A DNA stretch of 64,000 nt, taken from Chiloscyllium plagiosum. Lineage: Eukaryota. A program made the position numbers and the translations under genes. Within the stretch, counting starts at the first letter, position 1. Each line of letters starts with the position of its first letter. Location: contig NC_057719.1 in NCBI RefSeq assembly GCF_004010195.1, positions 90,549,756 to 90,613,755 on the forward strand, read 5' to 3'. The notes beneath the pieces were generated by a model. It saw only the letters and a program-made list of their open reading frames with translations, was not told the DNA's origin and made no database searches. Shown in pieces: positions 26,210-39,399 of the stretch.

Positions 26210-28159
26210 CTGTTGGAAAAGCAAAAGCTGGTCAGCGTTGAGTGCTGCTCCTGTGGCTCCCTCGTTATTAGGTTTGTCGGTAGTTTTGGCTGAGATGCTG
26301 TTGGGTTTTGATGCTAGAGCTGACAGCAGTCCAGAGTGATGATGCTCTGCTGGTTGGGACTGAGACTGGTGCGTTTGTTGGCGACACTGGGCCAGAGCAG
26401 GAATCTGCTGAAGCTCAACAGCTGATGTGAACGGAGACTGAGGGGCAAATGGAACCTTCACAATGTTGCTATCAGGGTCACTGGTGCTTGACTGCTGAAT
26501 ACTCAAGGCTGGTCCAAGAAGTTCAGTCTCACTGAGCACTGGTAGCTGATTTGGCAGAGGCACAGTTGGATCCAGCTGCCCTTCTGGTGTTTGACCAGAC
26601 AAATCTAATTGCGAACCAAAGCTAGCTTCCAGCTGACTCGGCACCAGGAAGCTTGTAGACAGAGTTGGTTGACTGGGCTGTGGTTGCACGGATATAGATA
26701 GTCTCTGTGCTGCTCCTTCATTGACCGTCAACTGTGAGTTTGATGCTGTGTACACCTGGCCAATGTCACAGTGGCTGGTAATCGACTGTCCCACCACATT
26801 CTGGGTCATCAAGACGTGAGCAGGCATTGACTGGCTGCAAACTATTTGTCCCGGAGATGCCTGCACACGTCCCACAATGCGACCCGTAGCTGGCTGTCTG
26901 TGGATGGCTAGCACAGACCCACTCTGGGTGGTCAAAACAGGTCCAGGTTGAATTGCTGAAAGCCGCTGGGGACCAGTGCTTGCTGAGACTCTGGTGGCCA
27001 AGTGCCCAGGCAAGGTGGACTGGCCTTGACCAGTCAGCAGTGCCCGAGGTAATGACTGGGACTGCAGTACCACACCAGTGCCCTGCTGGAGAACCCGAAC
27101 ACTGACTGGCTTGCTTGACTTGGGTTGACCTTGCTGGGATGGTTGCTTTACCCGATTGGTGGCTATTGTCTGGGAGACTGCAGGGGCCTGAGTGGAGAGT
27201 AGGACACCAGGGCCTGAGGTTCGGGCAGTCACTGCCAAGTTCTGCCAAGCTTTCTGCTGCTGCTGTGCAGCTTCTATTGAAGTCTTTGAGGCAGTCTGGA
27301 CATGTGGAGAGGTTGGAGGAAATGAAGACTTTGGGCTTAACTGGACCAGTTTAGGTTGTATATTCACGAGGTGCTTTGGCTGGATTGGCGTTGAGCTCCT
27401 CTGAATGACGCGCGTCAGCACTGGTACCTGCACCAGCTGGTTCCCTGTGGTGTGCCCAACAGCAGCCTGGGCAGAACCCATGTGGGCAAAAAGGGATTCT
27501 CCATTCAGACAATTGCTGGTGATATTCTTTTGAAATGGGGCAGAGATGCCCAAAGTCGTGGTGACTGGATGTTCGGAGAGAGGAGCAGCCATCGGGGATG
27601 TGAGGCCAGGCTTTGCCAACAGCCCTGTCCGAGACGGCTGATCGTCGGGCAGCATGGTAGTCTGACCACATTGCCAGTCGACCGTCTGTGTGCGTCCAAC
27701 TTTGGTGGTGCCATTGGACATGGTCTGAATGCCTGCTATCGGCTGCACGGCGACACTGCTCAGTCTGACTTGATGGACCAAGTGTTGCACGTTGACGGTT
27801 TTATTGACAAACTGAGCAGTCACTGGATGTTGAAGCAGAGACTGCTGGGCAATCACGGCAGGGGCTAAGCTGCTGAGATCAGTGTCTAGCGCCTGGGGGC
27901 TGTCCTGGGTGGGTAGGCTGGCAGGTTGTGGCTTGGGGCTGGCCTGTACATGGACCCCCCCGGCTGCCAAGTCGTCTCCTCCTTGCAGAGTCTGCGGAGT
28001 GATATTAGCCTCTTGCAAGCTCTGCTGCAGGATATCACAGGGCTGCTCAGTACCGTAGCTGGCTGGGGATCCCAGCAGGTCTTCGCCCAAGAAGGAGATG
28101 TCAACACTGCTGGCAGATGAGGGCACCCCGTGGCTGATTCCTTCTCCAGCTGGTGCCAA
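26210..28159 (-). CDS. BICRA: BICRA-family large exon, 1950 nt (Q/P/S/T-rich region)
   Basis: 650 open codons between acceptor ctttactggtttcag|TTG and donor CAG|gtcagt, phase 0-0. Contains BICRA-like motifs VDISFLGEDLLGSPA, QPCDILQQSLQEANIT, VNKTVNVQ...VQPIAGIQ, TPIQPK and KPVSVRVLQQG. Confidence 0.92.
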
Positions 28160-30049
28160 CTGAAACCAGTAAAGACAAGGTCACATCTTGTGTCACTGCA
28201 GGCAACATTAATAAGAAGCATTAGAAAAGCAAGGCACAGGAATAGGGCACCCCAAACTTAAAGCAAATCAAAATGTCACTCACTCCAGTTTGTTGCACAA
28301 TGAATTTTTAACTGAAGCTGCCTGCTTCTTGTTATGAACTCAGTGACCAAGATGCTTCCTATTTACTGATTCCCTACACCCTCCCACTCCCCTTCACTCC
28401 TCACATGCCACAGAGAGCTCTGAATTCATCAACCTCTGTGGCACCAGGTCACCTAACACTAGCATCTTTTAGAACACCAGCAGTTTAGCAACTCTAGCTT
28501 CCAGAATTGTTGTCTAAAGAGCCTTGGTGAATTTCTGCAGTGCATCTTGTTGATTATACATACTGCTGCTACTGGGTGTTGGTGGTGGAGGGAGCGGATG
28601 CTTGGGGATGTGGTGCCAATCAATTGGGCTGCTTTGTCTTGGATGGTGTCCTTGAGTGTTGTTAGAGCTGCACCCATCCAGGCAAATAGGGAGTATTCCC
28701 TCACACTCCTGACTTGTGACTTGTAGATGGTGGTCAGGCTTTGGGGAGTCAGGAGGTGAGTACTCACCACAGTATTCCTAGTTTCTGACCTGCTCTATAT
28801 TTATATAACTAGCCCAGTTCAGTTTCTAGTCAATGGTGACATTGGGAGAATCAATGATGGCAACAGCATTGAATGTCAACAGGTGATGGTTGAAGATGAT
28901 CATTGTCTAGCACTTGTGAGGTATGAATGTTATATGTTACAGTATTCCTCAGCCTAAACATGAATGTTGCCTACATCCTGCTGCATTTGGACACAGAATC
29001 ATAGAATTTTACAACATGGAAGGAGACCATTCGCCCCATCAGAACTGGACCTGCTCCCAAAAGAACTACCAAATTAGCCCCATTCTCCAGCCCTATATTT
29101 TTCTTATTCATTCGTGGGATGAGGGGGGGGGGGGGTCATTGGCTAGGCTAGCATTTATTGGCCAACTCTGTTTGCCCAAAGGGCAATTCGGGGTCAACCA
29201 CACTACTGTGGGTTTGGAGTCACGTGTAGGCCAGACCAGGTAAGGGTGGCAGTTTCGTTTCCTACAGGACATTAGTGAACCAGATGGAGTTTTCCAACAA
29301 TTGACAATTAATTCATGGTCATTATTAGACTCTTAACTCTACTTCTCAGGTCCTGAAGCAGTTCATGTTCAAATGCAACAAGATTGGAAGGGAAAAGGTT
29401 GAGACTCTGAAGGGAGATTACAGAGAGTTCGGTAGAAATTTAAAAAGGAGGTCCTCAAGGGTAGTAATATCTGGATTACTCCCAGGGCTACGAGCTAGTG
29501 AGGGCAGGCCCAGAGCAGACTCATGCAATTTCAGTGAAGGCAAGCTGGCGCTAGGTGACATGATTCCTGTAGTGACAGTATGGCACAAAAAAAGTTAGCA
29601 TCATCATGCATGCATGTGCTGCTCTTGCTTTTGCTTGTCATATCCTTGCACAATCTTTTTATCCAAATACTTAGCCAAAACCTTTGTGAATGCCTCAATT
29701 AAACCTGCCTCTACCAACCTCAACCTTGCTTCTTTTGCACATCCTTTTTAAGGCTATGTTCTTTTGCTCTTGTTCATTTTCTGAGTGGAAACAGCTTCTT
29801 ATCGCCTCTAGTCAATTCATCAAATGTACTTTCTGCCTTCTGCTCTCCAAGGAGAACTGTCCCAACATCTTCAGTTTATCCTTGGAACTGAAATTTCTTA
29901 TTACTGGGATCATTTTGGTAAATCTTTTATGTATTCTGTCCAGTGTAATCACATTTTTCCTATAATGTGACACCCACAACTACACACTATACTCCAATAA
30001 GGGTCTAACAATTGTCTTGTACAAGTTCAACATCACCTCCATGCTCTTT

Positions 30050-32912
30050 TTAAGTTCTAAATAGGAGAAAGGCCAATTTTGATGGTATTAGGCAAGAACT
30101 TTCAAAAGCTGATTGGGGGCAGATGTTCGCAGGTAAAGGGACAGCTGGAAAATGGGAAGTCTTCAGAAATGAGATAACGAGAGTCCAGCAAAAGTATATT
30201 CCTGTCAGGGTGAAAGGAAAAGCTGATAGGTATAGGGAATGCTGGATGAATAAAGAAATTTGATGGTTTGGTCAAGAAAAAGAAGGAAGCATATGTCAGG
30301 TATAGACAGGATAGATTGAATTAATCCTTAGAGTATAAAGGCAGTAGGTGTATACTTAAGAGGGAAATCAGGAGGGCAAAAAGGGGACTTAAGATAGCTT
30401 TGGCAAATACTGTTAAGGAGAATCCAAAGGGTTTTTACAAATACATTAAGGACAAAAGGGTAACTAGGGAGAGAGAGGGGCCCCTCAAAGATCAGCAAGG
30501 CGGCCTTTGTCTGGAGCCGCAGAAGATGAGGGAGATATTAAACGAGTATTTTGCATCAGTATTTACTGTGGAAAAGGACATGTAAGATATAGAATGTAGG
30601 GTGTAAGATATAAAATGTCCACATTATAGAGGAGGAAGTGCTGGATGTCTTGAAATGCGTAAAGGTGGATAAATCCCCAGGACCTGAATAGGTGTACCCT
30701 AGAACTCTGTAGGAAATTAGGGAAGTGATTGCTGGGCCTCTTGCTGAGATATTTGTGTCATTAATAGTCACAGGTGAGGTGCCGGAAGACTGGATGTTGG
30801 CTAACATGTTGCCACTGTTTATGAAAGGTGGCAAGGATGAGCCAGGGAACTACAGACCAGTCGGTGTTGGGCAAATTGTTGGAGGGTATCCTGAGGGACA
30901 GATTTGCATTTATTTGGAAAGGCAAGGACTGATTAGGGGTTGTCAGCATGGCTTTGTGCGTGGGAAGTCATGTCTCACAAACTTGATTGAGTTTTTTGAG
31001 GAAGTGACAAAGAGGATTGATGAGGGCAGAGTGGTAGATATGATCTATATGAACCTCAGTAAGGCATTCAACAAGGTTCCCCATGGGAGACTAGTAAGCA
31101 AGGTTAGATCTCATGGAATGCAGAGAGAATTAGCCATTTGGATACAGAACTGGCTCAAAGGTAGAAGACAGAGAGTGGTGGTGGAGGGTTGTTTTTCAGA
31201 CTGGAGGCGTGATCAGTGGAGTGCCACAAAGATCGGTGCTGGGTCCACTACTTTTCATCATTTCTATACAGAGGAACCTCTATTATCCGAACAAGATGGG
31301 CGGGCACTATTTCGTTTGGAAAATTGATTATTCAGTTTAATTGATTTCCTCTGGGGCTTGGAGTTTTCTGTGAAGTCTGCTCCCTGTTCAGGAGACTAGG
31401 CAAAAGCATGCTGTGTGCGAGACCCTGCCCCCGTCCACTCCCACCCCAACCCTGTCTAATCTACCCCCAATCCCGTCCGCTCGCAACCCGCGACCCCCAC
31501 ATGCCAGCAATCCAGTCCAACACTGCCCCCCCACCTGCCCCCACTCCAGCCACTCTCTTCATCCCCACCCACCTCTGACCTCCGTCCGCAAACCCCATCC
31601 CCCATCCAGCTCACCCTTCCATCTGCTCCCCCCTCCGGGCAGCCGGACTGTACACCAACAGTAAGACTACTGCTGCCTTTGTGGGGTAAATCTTCAAATA
31701 GAGCGCGCGCGCACACACACAAACACACAACCTTTTGACAGACTCCACCTCTGCCTTATACAGGATAATGTTGGAGAGATTATCTGGGGAAGGGGTGAGT
31801 TTAGGGATTACCTCTGTGTAGAACTTCAAGAAAAGTGTAGGGGAGAGAGAGGGCAGGAGGTCAGACATTTCGAGGCGGTGCTTGGACTGTTCTCGGCAGC
31901 ATTTCAGCGAGCTGAGTTTGTTTTTAGTCATTGTACCTGTAAACAAAAGATGTGATCAGGGTTGAAACAGCTCTTTGACATAATGTTTCTACCAGATCCT
32001 TGAGATCCCCTTCGGAAAATTCGATATTCGGATAATCGAGGTTCCTCTGTAAATGATTTGGATGTGAGATTAAGAGGTATAGTTAGTAAGTTTGTGGATG
32101 ACACCAAATTTGGAGATGTAGTGGACAGTGAAGAGGGTTATCTCAGATTACAATGGGATCTTGATCAGATGAGCCAATAGGCTGAAAAGTGGCAGATGGA
32201 GTGAGGTGCTGTATTTTGGGAAAGCAAATCTTAGTAGGACTTATACACTTAATGGTAAGGTCCTAGGGAGTGTTGCTGAACAAAGAGACCTTGGAGTGGA
32301 GGTTCATAACTCCTTGAAAGTGGAGTCGCAGATAGATAGGATAGTGAAGAAGGCGTTTGGTATGCTTTCCTTTATTGGTCAGAGCATTGAGTACAGGAGT
32401 TGGGAGGTCATGTTGCGGCTGTACAGGACATTGATTAGGGCATTGTTGCCAGGATGTTGCCAGGCTTGGAGGATTTGAGCGATAGGGAGAGGTTGAATAG
32501 GCTACAGCTGTTTTCCCTGGAATGTCGGAGGCTGAGGGGTGACCTTATAGAGGATTATAAAATCATGAGGGGCAGATAAATAGACAAAGTCTTTTCCCTG
32601 GGGTCGGGGAGTCCAGAACTAGAAGGCATAGGTTTAGGGTGAGAGGAGAAAGATAAAGAAGAGACCTAAGGGGCAACGTTTTCACACAGAGGGTGGTACA
32701 TGTATGGTATGAGCTGCCAGAAGAAGTGGTGGAGGCTAGTACAATTGTAACATTTAAAAGGCATTTGGATAGGTATATGAATAGGAAAGGTTTGAAGGGA
32801 CATAGACCGGTGCTGGCAGGTGGGACAAGATTGGGTTGGGATATCTGGTTGGCATGGACAAGTTGGACGGAAGGGTCTGTTTCCGTGCTGTACATCTCTA
32901 TGACCCAATGAC
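30050..32912 (+). mobile_element. CR1 (HER1-like) ORF2 + 3' UTR, interrupted by a MITE
   Basis: KENPKGFYKYIK, GNYRPV, QHGFVRGKSCLTNL and KFVDDTK motifs; 3' tail near 32905. Confidence 0.9.
31269..32049. mobile_element. Tigger/pogo-like non-autonomous DNA transposon, 781 bp
   Basis: 23-bp TIRs cagaggaacctc(t/g)attatccgaa with one mismatch; TA TSD at 31267-31268 and 32050-32051. Confidence 0.9.
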
Positions 32913-33357
32913 TGCAGAAATTCAATAACAATCTTTAGACAGCATCTTCCAAACCCACAATCACTTCCATCTAGAAGGGCAAGCGCAGCAGATACATGGA
33001 TACACCACGAACTGCAAGTTCCCTGCTAGCCATTCACCATCCTGACTTGGAAATATATTGCTGTTCCTCTGATGTCTCTGAGTTAAATCCTGAAACTCCC
33101 TCTTTAATGGCATTGTGGGTCTACACCATGTAGACTGCAGTGGTTTAAGAATGCAACTCACTACCACCTTCTTAAGGGCAACCAGGAATGGACAATAAAT
33201 GCTGGCCAGCCAGCCATGTCCAACTCCCATGAATGCTTCTGCAGTTTCCCTCCCTGACGGAAGTCCCTTGTCCTGGGTACAGCACTATGCTAGTCATCTC
33301 TTGGTTTTATTAATCAAGAATACATCAAAAGAAGTAGTAGCATGGATGTCTACTAAC

Positions 33358-33400
33358 CTGGTCACTTCCATGGAGAAAGTCATTCAGAGCTTGAGGGTCA
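33358..33400 (-). CDS. BICRA: BICRA-family exon, 43 nt ((C)DPQALNDFLHGSDQ)
   Basis: ttctgtgctccag|T GAC CCT CAA GCT CTG AAT GAC TTT CTC CAT GGA AGT GAC CAG|gttagt. Completes the phase-2 codon of the previous exon and matches the conserved DPQALNDFLHGS motif. Confidence 0.92.
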
Positions 33401-33884
33401 CTGGAGCACAGAACAGAAGATAATTTTAAATATTGTGGTCCTGGTGGAGGAAGCCTATCATGAAGTGTGGAGGGGAGGAGGAAAACATGGCAGAAGAATT
33501 GTGATCAATGATGTGAGGTTCTCTGATGGATTGTTTGCTCATAGTAGCAATGTGCTCAATGTCAAGGACATGCACTCAGTTCCCAGCTCCACAGCTGGCG
33601 ATTGATATCCTGGTCATCAGCCTGTCACTGTGCAGCACTGTCAATCCGGAATGATACAGATACCTGCAAGGTTACAATACTTACAGACTTCAACTTGTAC
33701 TCCCTCTCGTTTAGAAGGTTAAGGAGTCACCTGATTGCTGTATTTAAATGATAGAAACAATCTGATTCGGTAGACTTTAATAAATCATACTCTCTGCTGA
33801 GAGAGTGCGGAGAGAGGAGCATGACTTCAGAAATTTGAGCTGGGCTATGATTTGCAAAGGGAGGGCCGTATCTGATGATCATTT

Positions 33885-34240
33885 TTTAATATTCATTCAT
33901 GGGATCAGTGTATGCTGGCTGGGCCAGCATCTATTTTCCATTCCTAACTGCCCAGTGGCAGTTGTGAGTGCTTCTGCACTCTGGGTCAGGAGCTACATGG
34001 AAGCCATACCAGGTAAGGTTAGCAGTTTCCTCCCCTAAAGGGAACTTTTAATGAACCAGATGGGTTTTTTCAACAATCAATGGCAGTTTCACGGTCATCA
34101 TTAAACTTTTCATTCCAGATTTTTATTCAATTCAAACTCTACCATCAGCCATGGCAGGATCCAAACCTGTGTCCCTGGAACATTATGTGGGGCCTTTGGA
34201 TTAACAGTGCAGCAATAATACCACAGGGCCATCGCCACTC
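33885..34240 (-). mobile_element. tRNA-derived SINE sharing its 3' tail with the second LINE family
   Basis: Minus-strand tRNA-like head (ggcgatggccctgtggtatt...ggtttggatcctgcc) and tail matching the LINE 3' ends near 17970 and 33190. Related pieces at about 1890-2050, 6865-6975 and 29100-29340. Confidence 0.65.
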
Positions 34241-35175
34241 CTATATCAATTTATGAACATTATAAAGGGTCATCAAAATAAGAATCTGAAAAGGTCCCAC
34301 AAAAAAAAGACTTAGCTTTAGAAAGCATGAAGGCAAATTATTTGAACAAGTTGGAAAGCACATCTCTTATTTGGCAAGACACCTTTCAGGCTGTTGCAAA
34401 ATGATGTGTGCTGGAGCCTCTTTTATTTAATGTATTTATAAATGATTTAGAAGATAGGCTCAAAACTCACATATCCAAATTTGGCAGTGAGTCAGATAGA
34501 GGAAGCATTGTCACCCATGTTGATAGAAGTGTAAATTTACAAAGAGAGATTGCTAGAAAAAGTGAATGGGGAAAAGCTACAGCAGATGGACTTCAACTCA
34601 GCCAACTGTGAGTTTAGATTTTAGATTTAGAGGACTAGAATACAAAGGGGCAGTGGTCCCATTCTGACTTCACAAAGCCCTAGACACTGTGTACAGCTCT
34701 GGGATTGGCAGATGGGATTAGGGTACACAGCACTATGATCTAAAATGTATGGTCAACAGCTTTGAGAGGTTAAATGGTTAAACAGGCTTGAGGGACTGAA
34801 TGGATGAACAGTTCAGAGGGACTGAAAGGATGAGCAGCTAAAAGGGGCTGAATGGTCTCCTCCTGTTCCAATATCCTTTGTTCCTATTTGATAATGCACT
34901 GTAACTGCATCCATTAATTTGCTATGAGTATGGATTGAGTTTCTTTCCCCAATTCCAGCTGCTGACTTAATCAACCTAATGGATTTGTGTTGGAAGTTAT
35001 GTGTTTCTGAATCATTTACAAGCACTAGAGATCAAGAATGGGATTCTAAGTTTAAAATGTCCTTCTATCTTCTTAAGTACATCACCTCACAAAAACGACT
35101 CTTAAAACACATTGATATAACAGATACTCTAGTTACCTTTTTGATAAAACCTGTTTAACAATAAAACAAACTCAC

Positions 35176-35216
35176 CAAATAACATCCAGCAGACACCTTC
35201 CTTCTTCATCATCCAT
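35176..35216 (-). CDS. BICRA: BICRA/GLTSCR1-family protein, first coding exon (MDDEEGRCLLDVI-C)
   Basis: Minus strand reads ...tctctgcag|ctatcATG GAT GAT GAA GAA GGA AGG TGT CTG CTG GAT GTT ATT TG|gtgagt. Near-identical to the vertebrate BICRA N-terminus as I recall it (MDDEDGRCLLDVIC). Canonical splice sites; exon spans 35176-35221, phase-2 donor. BICRA orthologue versus paralogue is not resolved. Confidence 0.9.
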
Positions 35217-35478
35217 GATAGCTGCAGAGAAAGGTATTTAGTTCATGAAAAGAATAACTGCTCATATCCTCCACCATATTGAATCATGCAAATTATAAAT
35301 AGACAAGCATTTTTTTTAAAAAACCATGTCAATGTCCTGTTCAGGACAGAATGGAATGTGTTATCAAGTTGTGTGTGTGCAGTGGAGGAGACAGATTCAA
35401 CACATAAGAAGACAAACAGCTCTTCCATCAAGCCTTTCCCCTACTTCTGATGACCAAAGCAATATAAGTAAATACTTC

Positions 35479-35706
35479 TTTAAAAATCACACAACACCAG
35501 GTTATAGTTCAACAGGTTTATTTAGAAGTACTAGCTTTCGGAGTGCTGTTCCTTCGTCAGGTGGAGTGGACTACTCCACAAGCTACCTGACAAAACAGCA
35601 GTGCTCCAAAAGCTTGTACTTCAAAATAAACCTGTTGGACTATAACCTGGTGTCTTGTGATTTTTAACTTTGCCCATCCCAGTCTAATAACAGCATCTCC
35701 ACATCA
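35479..35706 (+). mobile_element. Penelope-type repeat, family C, palindromic pair with hammerhead core
   Basis: Near-palindrome 35481-35668 plus a tail of about 40 nt. 10-bp TSD taaatacttc (35469-35478 / 35707-35716). Minus strand reads cac-CTGACGA-A-GGA..TCC-GAAA-GCTA-gt. Confidence 0.8.
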
Positions 35707-36185
35707 TAAATACTTCCTCATCATCCTTCTTAACAAGCATGTTATTCCTGGAGAAAGCAATAGAAAAAAAGTCAAAAACTCAGGCAAATCCTCCAGACAA
35801 ATTGTGTCCAATCACTTGGTTGACTGAAATTAGTCCAGTGCACTGCACACTGTTCCACACATTCCCAGAAGGACACAAACTTGTGGTGGTTTAGCTAATC
35901 TCAGATATATTACTTGTAGTAAGGGTTTCAGCAGTCTTCCTGCACAAAGAAAGAATACAATTTCAGCCATTCCACTTGCATCTCCAGTAAGCCTGATGTA
36001 AAGCATGAACCTACACAACATGCAGTGGCTTGTTGTTGTCTGGAGTGGATTGCATTATAAAGTGATGGGACTTTCAAAACGTAATTTTAAAGAAGGTTGA
36101 AGAGAAAAGAATTTGTAGGGTTGCAACCTTAGGTATAATGGTGAAATACCCCTTTCTGTTTTCTTTGATCCTAAAAGATAATCTG

Positions 36186-36320
36186 TCCATGACAAATAGT
36201 CACCAAACTCGAAACATTAACTGCTTTCTCTCTTCACAGATGCTGCCAGACCTACTGAGTTTCCCCAGAAATTTCTGCTTTTGTTTCTGATTTCTAGCAC
36301 TTGCAGATCTTTGTTGTATT
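36186..36320 (+). mobile_element. Penelope-type repeat, family B, decayed
   Basis: ctcgaaacattaact...cacagatgctgccagacc...ttctgatttctagcacttgcag. Same family at 57268-57353 and about 63810-63925 (-). Confidence 0.6.
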
Positions 36321-36717
36321 TGGATCTTTTAATGTAATGGGGATTTGACAATTCAAAGCCTGAGAAGGGCCAGAGTTTTATTCCATAATAACCTGTAAAA
36401 GGCAATTGAAAATGAAAACTTGTAGGATTCTAGGGAAGGGACAAAGGAACATGATAAATTGGATAATTCCAGTTGGACAATTCCAACACAGTCGGCATGG
36501 ACGGGTTGGATCGAAGGGTCTGTACATCTCTATGACTATTGGCTGAAAGGCCTCCTTCTGTGTTGTATTATTCTTCAGTTCATTATCAATTGTTTTCATC
36601 AGGGAACATGGGAAAGAACAAATGAACCAATTAGCTGGACTTCTTTCCAATGTAGTCATGTTCTGATTCATACATCAAATACATTGCGATGGCCCATTTT
36701 CAAGGCTATCTGTCCTT

Positions 36718-36813
36718 CATTCCTGATGAAGGGCTTTTGCCTGAAATGTCAATTCTCCTGCTCTTCGGATGCCGCCTGACCTGCAGTACTTTTCCAGCAC
36801 CACACTCTCGACT
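36718..36813 (+). mobile_element. Penelope-type repeat, family A, tail-less
   Basis: CTGATGA-A-GGGC-TTTT-GCCT-GAAA-TGTC at 36723-36750. Confidence 0.75.
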
Positions 36814-39399
36814 TCATTTATTAATACCTAACAATCTTCACTGAACACCCTCGTACCATTTGAACAATGAGACAAAATGAACTCAAATCACTCAGTTTCC
36901 GCCCATCCAGTATACAGCAGCCCTGAGCCCCACAGCACAGTCTTGCCAGCACGGTCTTCAACAAGATGTCTTCTGTCTGGATTCTGTCTGCACACTGCTC
37001 ACAAAGTTCACTGAATGACTACAAAGTATCTTCAAGTGGGGATTTGAGACATTTCACACTCTGCTTCTATGTAAATAATAACAAAATAGGTTCTGTTCTT
37101 ATATTGATTCTGTCCCTGATTATAAAAAGTATTCTTCTAAAACATGACATTGCAATGGTGAATACAAACACCAGAACAGGTATGCTCCTCTTAAAGTGTC
37201 AAATGCTACACCGCCTACCTGTCCAGGGTCCTTACCACATCGAGATCTTACCTTCACTCCTCTCTCTTTATCCCATGACCTTGTAAAACTTCATCTCTTA
37301 GAATCCTCACTATTACAATGTCCAACTGTTAACATACATCGTTGCAACGTCTATCAGTCTTTGGATTAGCCCCTTCTCTCTTCAGACAAAAACTAGACAA
37401 AAAGATTGAAAGTTTAAGGTTGACATTCACCAGATTTAAGTTAGGCCACTTCAAAGAATTGCATTAACATAGCACCTTTAGCTTTGTAAAATGAAAAGCT
37501 TCAACAAAAGCCATCTTTAACTTTAGCTTCTCAGGAATGTTATCCAACAAAATGTAACATTGAGCCAAAGGAAAAGATAAGTCAGAAAACTAAAGACTTG
37601 CGTTCTTAAGGAGCTTCTTAAAAAGGAAAGGGAGGTAGATGTGAATAAGTTTGGAATAAAATGTTAGATCACGTAGCCTTGGCTACTGGAGGTCATTAAA
37701 TAGTGAGATCAAGAGAATGGGAAGTGTCCTAGAGGTTAAGGCTGGAGGAATGCAGTGATCTCAGATAGTTGTTGAGCTGGAGTAGGCTACAAAAGACAAA
37801 GTGGCTATGGTAATGAAGGTGTTTGGAAATATTTCAATAAGTTTATTAAAATATTTTGGTTTTGTGAATTAGACCTAAGTTTGTTGAAAAGCTTTTGGCA
37901 ATTTCTGAAAGATTGTCAAATCATTTATTTCTTCAGATTGAAGAAACTAAAAATAGAGGTAATTAAACTGCAGGTCTATTCAAGGACATCCACATTGTCA
38001 TGGAGATGAGTGGAAGAAGGTTCTGCTATTTCAATTATAGAGTCCTAGAGATGTACAGCACAGAAACAGACCCTTCGTTCTAACTCATCCATGCCGAACA
38101 GATATCCTTACACAATCTAGTCCCATTTGCCAGCACTTGGCCCTTGTCCCTCTAAACCCTTCCTATTCATATACCCATCCAGATGTCTTTTAAATGCTGC
38201 AATTGCTTTTATATTGGTGTTTTCTGAGAGTTCATTGTGGCTTGGAACGAATGGGTGGTCTGTGGCTCACCAAGAGAGGATGGTCAGAGGCCTGCACTGT
38301 AAACAGTGAAAAATCCATCTTCACCATTTGCTAGGAGGATCATAGGCAATGCTTAGTCTCAGTTTGATTTCATGAGGGAATGAAGCTAGAAGATTGTCCA
38401 GTTTAAACCTCATGAATGAATCAACAGTTTTCCTCACAGAGTCTTGTGGCAGGTGTTGAAAAAGGATACTGACTGACACTCTACCCACTCACCCACTTGC
38501 TTATCTATCCTATCACTTACCTCCTTCCCTACCTCCTCACCCACCTGCCTCCCTACCCCTTTACCGACCTGCTTTGCCCCCCCCCACCTTCCTGCCCCAC
38601 ACCCCACCTCCACTGCCCTTAAATATTGAGAAAGAGGTTCAGGACTTTTTAATCCTGGATCAGGCCAGGGATTGCTCTGAGTAACAGGGTGTAGTTTCAA
38701 AGCTGATTGTCCTCACTGCTCAACTGCTGGGCCTCCTGACTGGGACCAGGCAGCTTCAAGTTAGCTCCTGGGTTGGTCGCTCATGTGGAGAACTCCTCTA
38801 AGAATAAGTGTGCATTTCATTGTCCATTTGGGACTGGACATTGCGTTTTCTGATACTGATCAGAGGTTCTGAACCAGTACTTTCGATGATCTGTGATACA
38901 CTTCCTGAGATTCAGTCGCAACTATCAAGACGAAATTGAATAAATAGTTAAAAATAAATAACTGTGGGGTAGTCGAGCAAAAGCATGGAGTGGGATTAAT
39001 CGCATTGCTTTTTCAAAGAAGCTGGCACAGGCTGAATGGTTTATATTTGGAATGAGCTTATGAGGAGTCCTCAAACCATGAATCTCCTACTAGCCAACCC
39101 ATGTGGAGAGGGGGGAATCAAATTAGTGATGGCTGTACAAATGTAATAGTGAACGATTGGCTACACAGGTATTACCTATAAACAGGACATCCACGATGGT
39201 GGAAACTCTCAATAAGTTTATACTGTAGCCACTCTCTGGGTAAAGAAAAACACACAGTTCAAAAGAGATATTTGAAGGTGGCAAGACAGGCCGTGAAAAG
39301 AAATATACACTGTACATACAGGTTCTCTGACTTTATAAAGGAGCACAGAGTCCAAAAGCAAGAATGTTAAGGTAACATAACAAGTACAACATTGTTGGA

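Noticed and set aside
26766..27868. Overlapping alternative-frame and antisense ORFs within the large exon
   Set aside because: Typical by-products of a GC-rich, low-complexity coding exon, with no independent motifs.
28405..28452. Candidate for the missing short BICRA exon (ttag|GTG...CAT|gtgag, 48 nt)
   Set aside because: Has TGA in the required phase-0 frame and no similarity to the expected peptide.
29505..29577. Candidate exon after a minus-strand acceptor (actacag|GAA)
   Set aside because: In-frame stop in phase 0 and it runs into a CR1 ORF1 fragment.
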